A stretch of 64,000 bases of DNA from Sphagnum compactum (GCA_965153455.1 OZ234493.1:28014213-28078212), one strand, 5' to 3'. Shown: positions 12,021-26,100, counted from the first letter of the stretch. Translations and numbers: made by a program. Notes: a model not told the origin generated them from the letters alone.

Positions 12021-12875
12021 CATTAGAAAAAAAAATTGTATTTTCGACTGGTCTTTGGGACTAAATTTTAGTTGTAAGCGACATTTTGCCACTAAAATTT
12101 CATTAGTCACCTAAAACAAGTCGCATGCAATGAATTAATCGCAAATGACAAAAGGTATTGGATGAAAGAAAAAGTCAACAAAGATAAATTCATCCTTTGA
12201 TTCCAATGTATACATATTGTCACATGCGATTAAGATGCAACTATTTTAGTCACAATTGTGGACAAATGATGTGCTGCCATGTGTCCCAATATTTGATTAT
12301 TTAAAATATAATCATTATTATTATTTTGAAAAAATTTAAAACGTTCAATTCAAATGCTTGGATGATCTTATATTATGACACGTGGCCCAATGAAAATATT
12401 CCACATGGCATTTAAAAATTAATTTAATAAAAAATATTAATATTAGGTGGGTAGGTACATAAGTACAAACCTACGTTACATACTTACCTACCTACTTAAA
12501 TAAAAAGGTAGGTGGGTATGTCAAACTAGATACCTACCTAGCTAGGTAAATAAGTAGGTTGGGGAGGTAAGTACTTTAAAATTGTGCATAATTTGTTTTT
12601 TTGTTTTGGGTTTAGTCTTTTGATTAGCTCATCCCATGTGCACAAATTTTTTAATGTGAAATTGGATGGCCACACCCCTTTGTTTATATAATGTTCAAAA
12701 TAGGAATGGAAAACAAACAATATGGGATAAGTTTTGAAGTTGCAACTTCTTCACAAACTAAGTTGTAACTTCAAAACTTTCTTCATGTTTTATTTTTTTA
12801 GTTTTTAAATTTTTAAACAATTCAAGTACATGCTTCATTAGATATTAAGATAATCATTTAATTAATAATGATTAC

Positions 12876-12881
<6 letters not shown>

Positions 12882-12924
<43 letters not shown>
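12882..12924. repeat. (AT)n microsatellite
   Basis: Read directly from the sequence. Confidence 0.95.
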
Positions 12925-12930
<6 letters not shown>

Positions 12931-13819
12931 AAACTATACATTAAAAATCAATATTCATTATCAATTACTTAAATAAGTAATAACTTTTTAATATTTAACA
13001 AATTAGTTATCCAATTATTCACAAGATATTAATACATAACTCATAGATAATTAAATAAATAAAATATTTTAAAAATATTACGTTTTAGAAACTGATCAAA
13101 TTATAAATAGAATAATTAACTTAATGACTATAATTAAAAAACTAACTATTTTAAATATTTATTTTAAAATTATAAATAATGTACTAACAATTGCTATTAG
13201 ATAGTAAATTTTTATACAAATTTTTTAAAAATAAATATTCAACTAATTACATTACTTATTATATATTTACATTGATTGTTCTAAAAATTATTATAGGTCA
13301 AGTAATTTTTTTCTCTTGGTAATTATTAACTATAAATACAATAATTTGCTAAATATAACATTGATTTTCATAATCACTGTAAAATTATTATAAAGTATTT
13401 ATCATAGATGATTACTCACAGAATTTTAAAATTAAAATTAAAAATATTGTATAACAATTTGTGAAATTAAAATCATTAACATAATTTATTTTAACTATAG
13501 TACAATTTTTCCAAATTTTCAATTCAGGTTTAAAGTTATAAATTACAGATTGCAAATAATTATGTTCAATTAGAAAATAACCGTGCACATACCAATTATT
13601 TCTTATATGAAGTAAATACAATGATTTTAATGTGATGTAACATTTATTACATTAATTAATTTCTTTTAATATAAGAATATAAATTATGTAATATACAAGT
13701 CTATGTTATAACAATAATTATTTAGTGTAACTTATAATTAATAAACATAATCATTTATAATTATTTATAAAAGTGATTTATTATGGAAAACACTAATAGA
13801 AAAAACACTTAAATCAATA

Positions 13820-14800
13820 ATTTTTTGAATCAGACATAAATTTAAGATTCCAAAATAATAATTCAGAATTCAAATATCAATTTTTAGAAAATAAATTTTT
13901 TAAGTTAAATAACAAATTTCAGAATTGAAATGTCAATTTTCAGTCTCAAATAATATTATTCAAAAGTAAAATGTCCATTTTAAGACTCAATTAAGAATTA
14001 TCTGAATTGAAATAATAATTTTGAGAATCCAAAAAAAAAATTTGGAATTCAAATTTCAATTTTCAAGTGATTTTTTTAAAAAAATTTTGGAAAATTCAAA
14101 TATCAAATTTCAAGTTCAAATAAAAATATTTATAATCAAAATGTCGATGTTAAAACTCAATTAAATTTTTGAATTGAAATACTAATTTTTAGCTTCAAAA
14201 ATAATAATTTAGAATTCAAATATCAATTTTTAGATCAAATAAGTTTTTTGAATTTAAATATCAAATTTCGGAATTGAAATGTGAATTTTCAGATTTAAAG
14301 AAAAATATTCAAAATTGAAATGTCCATTTTTAGACTCAATTAATAATTTTCAGAGTTGAAATATGAATTTTTAAAATCCAAAATAATAATTCAGAATTGA
14401 AATTCAGGTTCAAATCAAATGATTATTTAAAATTTAAATGAAAAATTTTTAGAGTTGAAATATTAATTTTCATATTCAAATAAAAATATCCAAAATTAAA
14501 ATGTCAACTTTTTTAATCAATTAATAAATTTCAGAATTGAAATACTTCAGATAAAGAAATCTAGAATTCAAATATGAATTTTTAGATCAAAGAAGCTTTT
14601 TGAATTGAAATAAAAAAATTCATATTCAAATATTTAAAATAAAAAATAAAATAGCAGTTTTCAGAATTGAAATATCAATTTTGAAAATTTTTTTATTTGA
14701 ATTCAAATAATTAAAAAATAATTGCAATTACTATTTTTAGAACTAAAATATTTAATTTTAGATTCAAATAATTTTCAGAATTCAGATAAGAATTTTCGAA
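13820..14800. repeat. AT-rich satellite-like array: ~20-bp subunits in ~170-180-bp units with ~350-bp higher-order period
   Basis: Recurrent GAATT(C/G)AAAT..CAATTTT. GAATTCAAATAT(C/G)AATTTTTAGA recurs at ~13866, 14212 and 14564. Confidence 0.7.
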
Positions 14801-15132
14801 GTTCAAGTATTAACTTTGAGATTCATTATATGAACAATATACATATATATATAATTTTAGTACATACATTAAAATACACCACTATGTCATTATATAATAT
14901 CTTTAGGATGCAATTAATGGGACATATGAACCTATTAATGGATAAAAATAAACGTAAAATTGATCTAACCAATAGGATGAAGTTTCCAATAGTTGCATCA
15001 TAGTTGTGAGAATGATCAAAATAGTTGAAATTTGTTTGTAGTTGCAAATATTTTCAAATCTAGTCACAAACAACTACAAGTCGCATGTAATCATAAATGG
15101 AATGGTCACATTTTGGCTGATTTTTACTAGTG

Positions 15133-15560
15133 CACCCACCTACCTACCTACCTCCCCACCTACTCACCTTCCTACATATTTACCTACCTTCCTATGCACC
15201 CAACCACCACCTACCTACTTACTATCCACCTATTCACCTTCCTCCCTAATGACCTACCCTCCTATGCACCAAACACCACCTACGTACTTATTACCCACTT
15301 ACCTCCCTACCCACCCACCTACCTACTTACCTACCCAACCACCCATCCACCCACCTACCTGCCTACCTACTTACCACTTACCTTCCAATCCACCCACCCA
15401 CTCACTTGCCTACCCACCCATAGTGCACACATGACCCACCTACTTACTTACCTACCTAACCACCCATCCACTTACTTACCTACTTAGTCACCCACCTACC
15501 TATTTTATCAACCTACCTACCTTTTATTTCCTATTTCCTATAACCTACCCTTTTCCTACC
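15133..15560. repeat. (ACCT/ACCC)n degenerate tetranucleotide tract, right part
   Basis: Read directly from the sequence; continues the 11660-12020 tract. Confidence 0.9.
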
Positions 15561-17099
15561 TATCATCTTACCACATGCTACCTATCTCATAATCTTGTAG
15601 TGATATGAAATAAACATGTGAAATAAAAAATTTGACCACATTTGGACACCTTTTGATGTTGTAATCCATTGGTAAGGACTTGGTTTATCATTACGAAGGT
15701 AAAGGGTTCAATTCCTAATACTTGCAACCTATGTGGATTCTTAAAGGGCTAGGGTAAGTAGGCTAGACTAAGGTAGTTACATTGGTAGGTTACATAGGTT
15801 ACATAAGTCAAATTAGGTAGGTTAAGCTACTACCTACCTACTTGCCTTTTTTCACCTACCTGCCTACTTATTAAAATATTTTTTAATAATCCAAAAAATG
15901 ATTTAAATCTAGGTATAAATTCGAGTAATCAAATGGTTTAGTGTTTACCAATCATATTTTAATCATTCATTATATGACACCTCGACATTATATATGGCTT
16001 GTCCTTTATGACTTGTTGTTAATGACTATAGGATGAAAAGTGCCATGTCAAACATTAAATGACTATTTGTTCTTTGCTACTCGTTCGTTACAACTAAAGG
16101 CTTTTAGTCATATAATGTCCTATATAATTACAAAATCAGTCATGCATGAAGTCATAGGTTTAAGAATTTTTTCTAACGTGAAAACCTTTCCATTTATATT
16201 AACATGTATTTCGTACAACAAAAATAAATAATGCATGGGCACTTTGTGAACTACTCTAAGTTGCAACCTATTGAAGAGGATTTAGATCTTGAAATTTATG
16301 TATGTGCATGAAGAATGGGTAGGATTCAAAACTATTGGCTAAATAGGAGAAGATGAAGAAAGGGGAAAAGAACCACTTGTTGTGGGTGGTGGTGCAACAA
16401 CAACAACAAAGCTTTTGTAGGAACTTGAACTCAAGAAAAATAAGGACCTCTAGTGAAAAAAAGTGCATTGGCCAAATATGTAAATAGTATTGTAGGAAGG
16501 AAGTTGGGTAAAGGACCTAAGATGTTATCGCTCATGTTTAGCATCTTGAGCAACTACAAGCTCACCAAAGCACAAGGCTTGTGAAGTTGTTCCCTTTCAA
16601 GATGATGGTACCCATCGATGTCACATTTGCTAGCATGGGAGAGATGGTACCCACCATGCCAACTTAGAAGTTGTTTCTACAAATTGGGCTTTAAAAGTTG
16701 AATGTGCACCTAATTATGTAAGCACCTAGCCAAACAACAATAAACAATGCACAAAATGTCTCATACCTATAATCCCCGAGCGAAAAGAAAAGAAGAGTGC
16801 ACAAGAGCAAAGATGAGAGAAACATAAAGTGAGAGAAGAGATGTTGGTGGACCTATGTGTGCATAGATTAAGGAATTGAGATAGAGACACATAGTGAGAG
16901 GGGAGACATTGGTGGGCTTGTGCATGGATTAGGGCATCGAGAGTCAAACATGAACAAACACATGATAAGAATGTTCATCTTGCGCATGTTTGAAGTTAAC
17001 CAATGAGAATGTGCCATGCAATGACAAAAGAAAATCCACCACTAAGTAAAATGACCCCTTCTTTTTTACAAAGTAAACATATTAGTTCGTTAAAAGTCA

Positions 17100-18853
17100 T
17101 TTGGACCTAATGGGAGAAAGCATGTGTTGAGAGTGGGCTACCACCTTATAAGCTAAAGACACCTATCAAAACAAGGTTTATAAGCAAAGTAATTATGCTT
17201 GAGGAATGTTTTAAGTTCAAAAAACTATCTTTCTATGTTATGGTAGGGCAGAGGATCATTGCAACAATAAGTTCCAAAGGCCAAAGCTTGGGTTGTTGCA
17301 AAGGTAGAGGCAATTAGCTCTTGCTTGAACCCTATTATGAATGCATGTGGGATGAATCAATCAAGAGGGCGTTGGTTCATCAAATTGCTATTATTAACAT
17401 TTCACTTAAAATGGAAATCAAAGCAGTGGTACTTGGTGATGGGTTTGAAATTCTTGATGAATTTGATTTAGAATTCTTCATCCTACACAAAAACATTTGA
17501 CAAAAAATCATTAAGGTGATCAAACTTTTCTTCTTGTTTTTGAAAGCATTTGATCCGCAAAATGTTCATAACATGTTTGTCATCACATTGGATCCTTATT
17601 TCAAATCTTTATAATTTGTGAAGAATTATGTGGCACATGGGGAAGTTTGTTTTGCTTTTGAACATGATGAAAAAATAATGATTTCGTTACTTATGACTTG
17701 TTTTAATCGACTTAATCCTATTTCCCAAGCATGTGCAATAATTGTCAATGTGCATGTTTTTCAGTTTGAAGAAGAAAATAACATGTTTGGTGTCGGAACA
17801 TCCACGAATAGTCCTCTCATGCTCTTGTTATTAGAAAGCTTTCTTTATTTGAGAGGTTATTTATCCTCCCATTTGTTTATGCAGATCCTCTTTCTTAGTG
17901 GTAGTCCCATGAAAATAAATTTCCAAATGTTGGCTTTTTGGCGAAACAAATCCTTGAGATTCTAATGTCCCAAATAGAGATTGAATGTGTTTTCAACCTT
18001 GTGACACTACCGCCTACAAGTGGAGAATTTAGACCAGATAATCATGGTAGTAAAAAATTGGCCCAATGATTCACAGTTGAAATTGCACACCTATTCTTGC
18101 TCTTCAAAATTATATGAGAATTGAATATTCTCTAGTAGAAGAGAATTGTGATTTGATTGAAGAAATTAGCTTTTTTGAACAACTACAAGTTGATGACAAT
18201 TAGGTAAATCACCCAACTAACCATGTTTATAGTTTTTTTTGTTTTTTCCTTTCTAGTCAATACTTTCAAATTCCAAATTGCTTTTGATTTTTTTTGGTAT
18301 CATTGGGATTGATTTCAATTGTTGTGATGTTGCAGGACTTATTGTTTATGTATAGATTGACTTATGGACCTCACACCTCAACAACAACACATGTTAAGTA
18401 AGTTGCACCAAGCTTTTGATATTATCTTGGGCTTTTAGATTTTGGGTGTTGCCAAGGTGGTTTTGAATGTTTGTTTTTTTGTAGGTAGCTTGTGCTGCAA
18501 CGGGCAAAGTTCGTATTTCAAGAACTAGGTTTCAATTCCTCCACAAGCTACTTGAATTTGTAGGGTGCTCATGTTTTTTTATTGCATTTATGAGTTATTG
18601 TGGAATTGCAAAAAAATTGTATACAACTCAAATTTGAAAATTGGCAATGCATATGCTCTATACATATTCTAATTTCTTAGCATTTAAAAACTTGGCTCAT
18701 TCATAATTAGCAAAGAGCGAAAAAAATGGTTGAACACACAACCGTCTTTATAACTAATATGTTGAATTAAAAAATACATATCCTTTTTTAAAAAAGAATA
18801 TCCTATGTTGATATCCGGACGTTTGTCCAAAAATGGATAACCGGACAACACTG
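17100..18853 (+). mobile_element. Degraded hAT transposon (transposase C-terminal half and right TIR)
   Basis: Broken frames KLKTPIKTRF.SKVIMLEECFKF and hAT dimerisation-like ADPLS*W*SHENKFPNVGFLAKQILEILMSQIEIECVF (~17880-18000). Ends ...GGATAACCGGACAACACTG (reverse complement CAGTGTTGTCC, hAT-type TIR). Left end not found. Confidence 0.75.
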
Positions 18854-19094
18854 CTATAGATCACGGATCCTCATTTCGTGCAAAACCCCGAACGGGAACC
18901 GCCGGTTTCAGCACGCCAGACAGAGAGTGCAAGATCGGTGTCAGGTATGAAGTTACAAAGTCAAAGGGAACGACTAAAATGTAGTTAAATGCAGGTCAAA
19001 CTGGAACGAGCTCTCAGAGGGTGTCGGTAAGCAGAAGTTGTTGCAATTGAAGGAGTTCATTGCAATTTTGTAGAGTTATTGCAGTTTTGTGGTA

Positions 19095-21328
19095 ATGGAA
19101 GACAAGGCGAGTTTGAAGAAGAAAAGCGCGTGGTCCAGTCATTTGACCAAGTTCAGCAAGAAAGGGGGAGGGGAAAGGGAAGTAGGGTGGCCCGATGTGG
19201 AGATACCAGAGGCGTTTGTGTGTCCGATCTCACAGTCGTTGATGGCGGAGCCAGTGATTGTGGCTTCGGGTTATACTTTCGAGCGTCAGTGTATTCAGCG
19301 ATGGTTTCAGGTAGGGAATCGTCACTGTTTCAAGTCTGGTGTGGTGCTGGAGCATGGTTCTCTCACCCCTAATGTCCAATTGCAATCTGCTATTCTCGGA
19401 TGGTGCGACAAGCATAAGGTGGCGAGGCCGCACCCTCCGTCCGCAGAACTTGCGTGGCAACTGGTGGAGGTCAGTGCGGCAAGAGCGGCGACGGCAGCGG
19501 CCGTGGTGCCATGGGACGACTCGGATCCTGCAAGGCCTGGTTTCTCTGGCGATGGTAGGCTTGATCCCTTTGATGATGATGCCGATGATAACGCTGACAG
19601 GTTCGGTGGCAGGTCCCGCAGCGAGCAGCGTAGTGGTGGTAGGAATGGCGGAATCCGGCCGGTAGAGCAAGACTATGACGAGTCATCTGCAGCAAGCTGG
19701 AGAACACGAAACCAGGATGCGCCACTGTGGAAGATGGGGGGGCAGAATACTTCTTCTCTGCCTTGCTCAACGTCCAGAGAATTTTCCTGCGAATTCAGTA
19801 AGAACAGCGACTTCGGTAGGTCCTCCAGGAAGGAATCTTCTCTTCGATCTTCAAGCTACAATCACCTTAACAGCGGGGAGTGGCCGGATTCTCCCATGCA
19901 GTCCCAGTATGTGCACTCTGCATCGGAACATATGCTTCGAAAAGAAACGGAAAATTCTGAGGCACGTCGGCACGGGATTGAACCACCATTGGCAACAACT
20001 GCTTCATCTTATAACATTAGTCAGGCTGGTGAGCCTGAGGCTCCAGAAGGGATTGAAGCAGAGTTGTTGTACAAGCTGTCTCACCAGAATGTTGTGGAAC
20101 AGGAGGAAGGTGCGGCTGAAATTTGGAGGCTCACAAGAAACCTTGATCCTGGTCTGGATTACAGGGCAACTCTTTGCACTCCAGATGTGCTGAAAGCACT
20201 GGTGTCACTCATGCAAAGCCGGTACCCTGAGATTCAGTCAAACGCCTTGGCTGCCGTCATGAATTTATCAATTCCAAACAATAACAAAATTCAAATCGCA
20301 AGTGCAGGGGCGATTCCGGTGCTTATCAAGCTCCTCAAGAGTCAGTCTGATCTTGCACAGGAACTTATCACAGGGGCGTTGTCTAACCTAGCCCTCAATG
20401 ATGACAACAAGATGGCAATAGGGGTTTTGGGGGCTGTACCACCTCTCCTCCATGTCCTGCGTGTTGGCTCACAAGGGGCTCGGCGGGATGCAGCCATGGC
20501 TCTGTACCAATTGTCATTCTCTCAAAACAATTGTGTTAAACTGATCAAAGCAGGTGCAGTAGGTATCTTATTGCACCTTATGCAAGTGGAGGCCTCAGAT
20601 CTAGTGAGCCATGCACTACTAATATTGTCCAACTTGGCTGTGATTCAAGAGGGACGGTCTGCCATTTTTGAGGGCAATGGCATCTCTGTCCTTATTAGCC
20701 TGATTGCTTATGATTCTTTGGTGGATCCAATTCATCAAGGTATGTAGCAACATGTTTTGTCCCCCAGGTGTCTCAGACCTTAACCCTGGCTTCTACACAG
20801 TGCATACTCCTGAGGATAGTCAACTTGTGTAGACCTTGAATATTTTTGTATCCTTGTAGGTAAATCAACGTGCAATATTATTGGGAGTGAAGCTTTGGTT
20901 AACATCTCGGCTTTGCTAAGTATGATGTTGCAAGTTTCCTATGACACAAATTACCTGCAGATACAACATTCTGGAACATTGCACCTTAGTATAGCAGTGG
21001 TGTGTGGTCTGGTGCAGATGGTGAGGACACTTCTAGCAGAGCACAAGACTGGGCATCTGTGCAAGAATATGCTGCAGCTGCACTTGTGAAGCTTTCAAAT
21101 CATAATTTTCGCTTCAGGGCACAGGCCCTTCAGGCAGGTGCTCTTGAGCCTTTGACCATACTGGCAGAGCAGGGAACACAATGTGCCCGGGATAAGGCTA
21201 TCTTGTTGCTTAACATCTTGCATACTGAGAACGAATTGAGTGGTGTAAGGAATACTCCCCTCTATGCACCGGCTTCACATGGTCACAAAGCAGCAGACAC
21301 CAGGAGATCTGGTTCAGCAGGATTCTGA
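19095..21328 (+). CDS. Plant U-box (PUB) / ARM-repeat E3 ubiquitin ligase, ~651 aa, 2 exons: 19095-20739, 21018-21328
   Basis: U-box IPEAFVCPISQSLMAEPVIVASGYTFERQCIQRWF...LTPNVQL, Ser-rich linker, ARM repeats (NLSIPNNNKIQIASAGAIPVLIKLL; LALNDDNKMAIGVLGAVPPLL). The phase-1 GT-AG intron joins in frame. No N-terminal UND domain (PUB38-40-like layout). Confidence 0.93.
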
Positions 21329-23169
21329 TGATTTCATCTTCATGAAGCCTTGAATTTGAAGCTGATGCTACAAAGTTTTAGGGTTGTCAACCTGTAACAT
21401 AGTCCCCTTAGATTGCAAAGCCTCCAGCTCCATCATAGCATGCTTGCCCACGCTTATTGGTAGGCTATACAGCTACTGCATTTGTCCATGGTAAATAGAT
21501 GACGTTGCAGTTGCTGGATTCTTTGCTGCTGACCTTTGTTCTCACTCTTACTTTGCCTGCACCTTGGTATCACACCTTTTTCTTGCAATTGAATGTGCAA
21601 GGTCCTAATGCTTCCCAACTGGTTATGATACACCTCACCTTATCATCTTTGCTTTGTTCTGAGTTGTCTTTTGTATGCAACCAAGCTGCAGAAGTGGACT
21701 ATAGGCTTGTGACAGTAAACAATAACCTTAACCAACCTGGGCATGAAGTCAATCCTTATGTCATATTAGGTTTTCAGCTGAGAAATAGGATTTTGGCAGC
21801 ATGGATACAGGTGAGGCTGGGAGCTAAAGAGCAAGTGGATCATGGTCTACTTGAAGCAGTGCAGATATTGTGTGGTGAATGTGGTTCAAAGATCAGGAGC
21901 ATTAGATGTTGTAGAGCTGGGATGCACTTCTGTACTTCTAAGGGTTGCAATTAGTTCAAGGTATCTGTCTGTTTTTGTAAGCTTTCTATTTCTCCTTGTC
22001 CAATGAGGATCTACTAGGCAATCAAGATATGTTGGAGAGGGCTCATATCTCTTAGAATCCAGGTTGGTTGGGTCCAAAGTGGTAAGAACTTCACACAGAA
22101 TACATGATTTTAATTGACAATTCTCTATACTCTCCAGCTTTAGTACTGGAGTTGAAGAAAAATATTTTATTCTTGTAAAGATTGTGCTATCAAGTCTTCT
22201 TTGTGATGCAGAGGAACACACCATTTGTTGGTGCAACAAGTCTTAGACAGAGAGTCTAATTCTTTTGAGCACTGCAATTGATCAGAGGTTGTTCAGGTCT
22301 TTCCATTGACGCTATTTCTGTCATTTCTCTTCAAAGCAAAAAAGGATGTATGTATGCAATTTCGTCTCAATCTATCTTTCTAAACTTGCTTGACTCTTAA
22401 TCCATTTGGTCAAACCTTGACATTTGATTATTCCCAGGTTTCAGGCCTACCACCATCAGCGCTTACAATACATTGTGCTGCAGCATGCATGGAGATGGTT
22501 GACTTACCTCTATAGGTTTCATAGCACAAATTTACCCAATTCAATTTGTTTTGATACCAACACATAGGTTGGCTTGATAACTGATGCAACAAACCAATAC
22601 CAAAAGTGCTTAATATCATACAGATATGACTCAAAGATTCCATCATTCAGGTCTGCAAATCAAGGGATATAATTTGCATAGAATTCCACAAGTAATTAGA
22701 CAAGTTAGGTTTTTAAGTAGATAGCAACATGGTTGCCTATAGCATCATGATGTGCCCAACATGTATATGCAGTATACCTCTTGTTATGGACCATGAATTG
22801 TGTTCATGGCCACAAGATGTCATCCTGCTTCCAGAAACGGGTGACCAATATCAGAAGAGCGAATATCAAGAGAGTATCTTGTAGTCAGTCATGACTTTGG
22901 AATATGCTAATTGGAGACTGAAGTCAATTTCCACAGAGAGAAGCTGTCTGATGCCTTGACAGAGTTACCAACAAGGACTATGTAACAATAGTTGGAAGAA
23001 TACACATTTTTTGCCTCAATTTGTGGATTTATGATATTGAAGAATTCCTTGTCACCCTCAAATTCAAAGCTTCAATGAGACAATCATGCTTTGAAGTTCT
23101 CTACAGGAATAAACCCAAAGATACTGTAGAAAATTTACCTCAGAAGTATATCTTCTATTCCATCTGATC

Positions 23170-26100
23170 TCAAAAAAAGTTCTTACGCAGCCATTCCAGA
23201 TCTTTCTGGAAAGGATTCAGACGTGCTGGTAGTTTCTCTTCTTTGCAAGTAATGCCACTGTCCTGCTTTGTAGATGCTGACAATGATCCATTCCCATGCA
23301 CCTAACAAATAAAAGAGAAACTTTGTCATTACAAGAAGAAAGTTTGTCAGATTTAGAACAGATGACATGCTACCAGCAAGAACTTCCATAGACTTTTTGA
23401 CACGTGCATCAGTTCCTATCCACCACATGATTTTGACATTCAAACACGACATTCCTTCAGGTAGTCATCATTTCAAATCTACCTAGAAAAACAGGGTCAG
23501 ATTTACCTTTCATCAACAACCCAGCTACATAGGGGTGATGCCAGGTAAATTGGTCAAATTGGTCAAATTGTTGGTGCTTGCCTGACTTTGTGAAATGCTT
23601 AACATTTGAAGAAGCTACAGGCTCCTAATCCCGCCCAAAGAGGAATTGCACCATCTATTACCATTTTCAAATACTCTACTGTTAAATAATGTCCAACTCC
23701 CAGCAGGATGGCAACAACAGTACACAACTGAAGGCCAGTCACTAACAAGTATGGTGAAGAGAAAAGAAGTTTCACCACTTTTGGGTCTGCTTGTCCAACA
23801 GACATTGTAAGAGAAAGTACAACAATTAGAAGGTTGCACCCTCAAGACATTGTCATCACTTGGAAACCCAAGCATTTGGCAGATATCAAAACTAAGGAAT
23901 TCAGTAGAAAGAGGGGAAAAATGCAGTAAATCAGCCAAGAAAAAACTGCATGACATTGTGCTACTCCCAAAATACATCCTAGTCAGCTATAATGACCAAA
24001 AGTTACTCCACAGGAACCAACTCAGAAACCAACTCTGCATGAAATGCTAAAAGCTGATGGTTAATAGTGAAGAGACTACTAGCAGCAATCGAAACAAAAT
24101 ACAAAAGTGAGGACCAGAAATTGTGCAGTCCTGGGAAATAGTGAGCACTCCATGAGGTGTATGTAACTTTCCCATACCTTCTAAGAATGACCCAACAAAC
24201 TTGTACTCAGTCAACTCCTTCACCAAAATGAATGAGCAACAACTCACATGCACTTAATGAGCAATATTTACTAACCTCTGTAATATTCTTAGAATATGTA
24301 AGTTGGACACATTACAATCTTAGTTTAGAAAACAAGGAAGAGAGGAGTGATGGCACATCCTACATAGCAAAAAATGAAACAGAAAGTCATCCTCCAAGAA
24401 AATTGCAACAAATTCAAGAAGATTGACTTTGAAATGGACAATAACAAAGTCCATCTGCCCATCTACAAGACATCACAGCAAAGTGGTAGGCTTCTAGCAA
24501 AAAATGCCACAAGGCTCCACTATTCAAGTGTGGTTGGTGTGGAGTTGGTGTATACAGAGGATATTTACACAATAAGACATGATCACCTCTATAGTTTAGC
24601 AGGGGCCGAATCTTCCGTTTCTTTGTTATCTCCTCTCACCTCCTCAGCAGCTGCACTGAGAGTGGCGCTGATCACAGGAATCTCATGTGCTGTTGGGGTC
24701 TTGTCTATACTTCTGGTGTTGTCTTGAGCAACTGTGTTGTTCCCATGCGCCTCCTCTCCATTGTGCTCATCCAGTGGTAGGATGGCTCCTATCCTCTCAT
24801 CCAGAGCAGTTGCAGTTTTTAGCCCTGCATTCAATGCACTGAGTGTGCCCGAGACTATCACATCAGGAAAGGCATCACCAGGAGAGCTCACTTCTTCTTT
24901 CTCTTCCTTTTGTCCTGTAGTAGTAGAGGCTTCACCTTCTTCAACTTCATCAGGGGTCCTGTCTTCTGTGAAAGATGAATCCCATGGTTGTGTTATGGAC
25001 AATGTTGTTGATTCCATGTCAGTCTCTAGCACAAGGTTTGCACCTGGTTGCCACTTAACTTCTCCCTCCTTCCCCTTGAGGATGTACTTGAACTCAATTG
25101 TTTTTCCACAAGGAACATCCTATGCACAAACGTAAACAGAACCACATGAATTCAATTGAGATATTGACCAGTAAAAGAAATGCACCATGTATGAAAAAGA
25201 TTGGTGTTTCTTCCAATCTCAGTAAGAATATCACAAGTGTGCGACTACGTAAGCCATTCTAGCTGTGCAACTTATCTCCTGAGGATCTTCAACTCTGCTA
25301 TGGCAGATCTAACCTGGAAAGCTGCATTGACATAGGTAGAGAAAACTACTAAATGGCAGCAATGGATTTGATAGACTCACCATTTCAACAGTCCAGACAT
25401 GATCTTTCGACCAGGCCAGGGGAATTGCTGCATCTGGATCCCAGTCACCAAATTGTGGATCTCCACCCACGACGTTGTATTGTTCTCCAAAGTGACATTC
25501 CCTATGCAGCTGAAATTTCACCTTTGTTGTAGGACCTGACACCCAAGCAAACATGCAAGTGCTTCAAAGGGCTATGCATACTGGAAACAGTTCATTTCAA
25601 GAATCAGAGGTTCAAAATCTTGATACTTCAAACCTCTTGTAGTAGCTTTGACCTCTTCGAATTTCTGTCTACTCATCCGATCCACATTTTTGTAATGTCT
25701 TCCATATTCTCAGTAACTAAGAAGATTAGTGAGCTGTGCATATATCGAATCCAGGCTGATAATCGAGTTACCTGTATCGGGAGATTCCTCGGCAACGGCT
25801 TCTGCAGCTATGGCATCTTCATCGGGAATATTGGCAGCTTCACTGGAGACTAAAAGCTCCTGCACAACTTCACCTTCCTACATCCAGCGCCAAAAAACGC
25901 ATAGTTGGGTTTTGTAGCAATCAAACGGGGGCAAGGAAGGAAAACCCATCCTAACTCCACCATGCTTACTTTCCTCATGAACGAGAATTTGTACCGTGCA
26001 ACCAAGTTGTAGCTGAATTCAAAGTTCCGACCGTGATGCGCACCTGAGAGGAAGCTTGTCTCCGGAAACGGAGAGATGGAGAGTTTGCACTCAGTCCGTG

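Larger units (their letters stand above)
12021..15132. mobile_element. Non-autonomous CACTA element (3.1 kb) with 3-bp TSD CAC
   Basis: Left end CATTAGAAAAAA (CACTA with C>T), right end TTTTTACTAGTG. CAC on both flanks (12018-12020, 15133-15135). It interrupts a continuous ACCT tract and carries subterminal GACTA/TAGTC/AGTTGC motifs. Confidence 0.75.
11354..16180. mobile_element. Old non-autonomous CACTA-like element (outer), hosting a nested CACTA insertion
   Basis: Starts CACTAGAAGAC with (G/T)GACTA/GCAACT subterminal motifs. The degenerate opposite end is ...TTTTTTCTAACGTG. The internal ACCT-rich tract is split by the inner element. No TSD confirmed. Confidence 0.4.

Noticed and set aside
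11645-15487. Pro/Thr/Tyr-rich ORFs resembling extensins
   Set aside because: They are translations of ACCT/ACCC tetranucleotide tracts, open in several frames, with no signal peptide or SP4 motifs.
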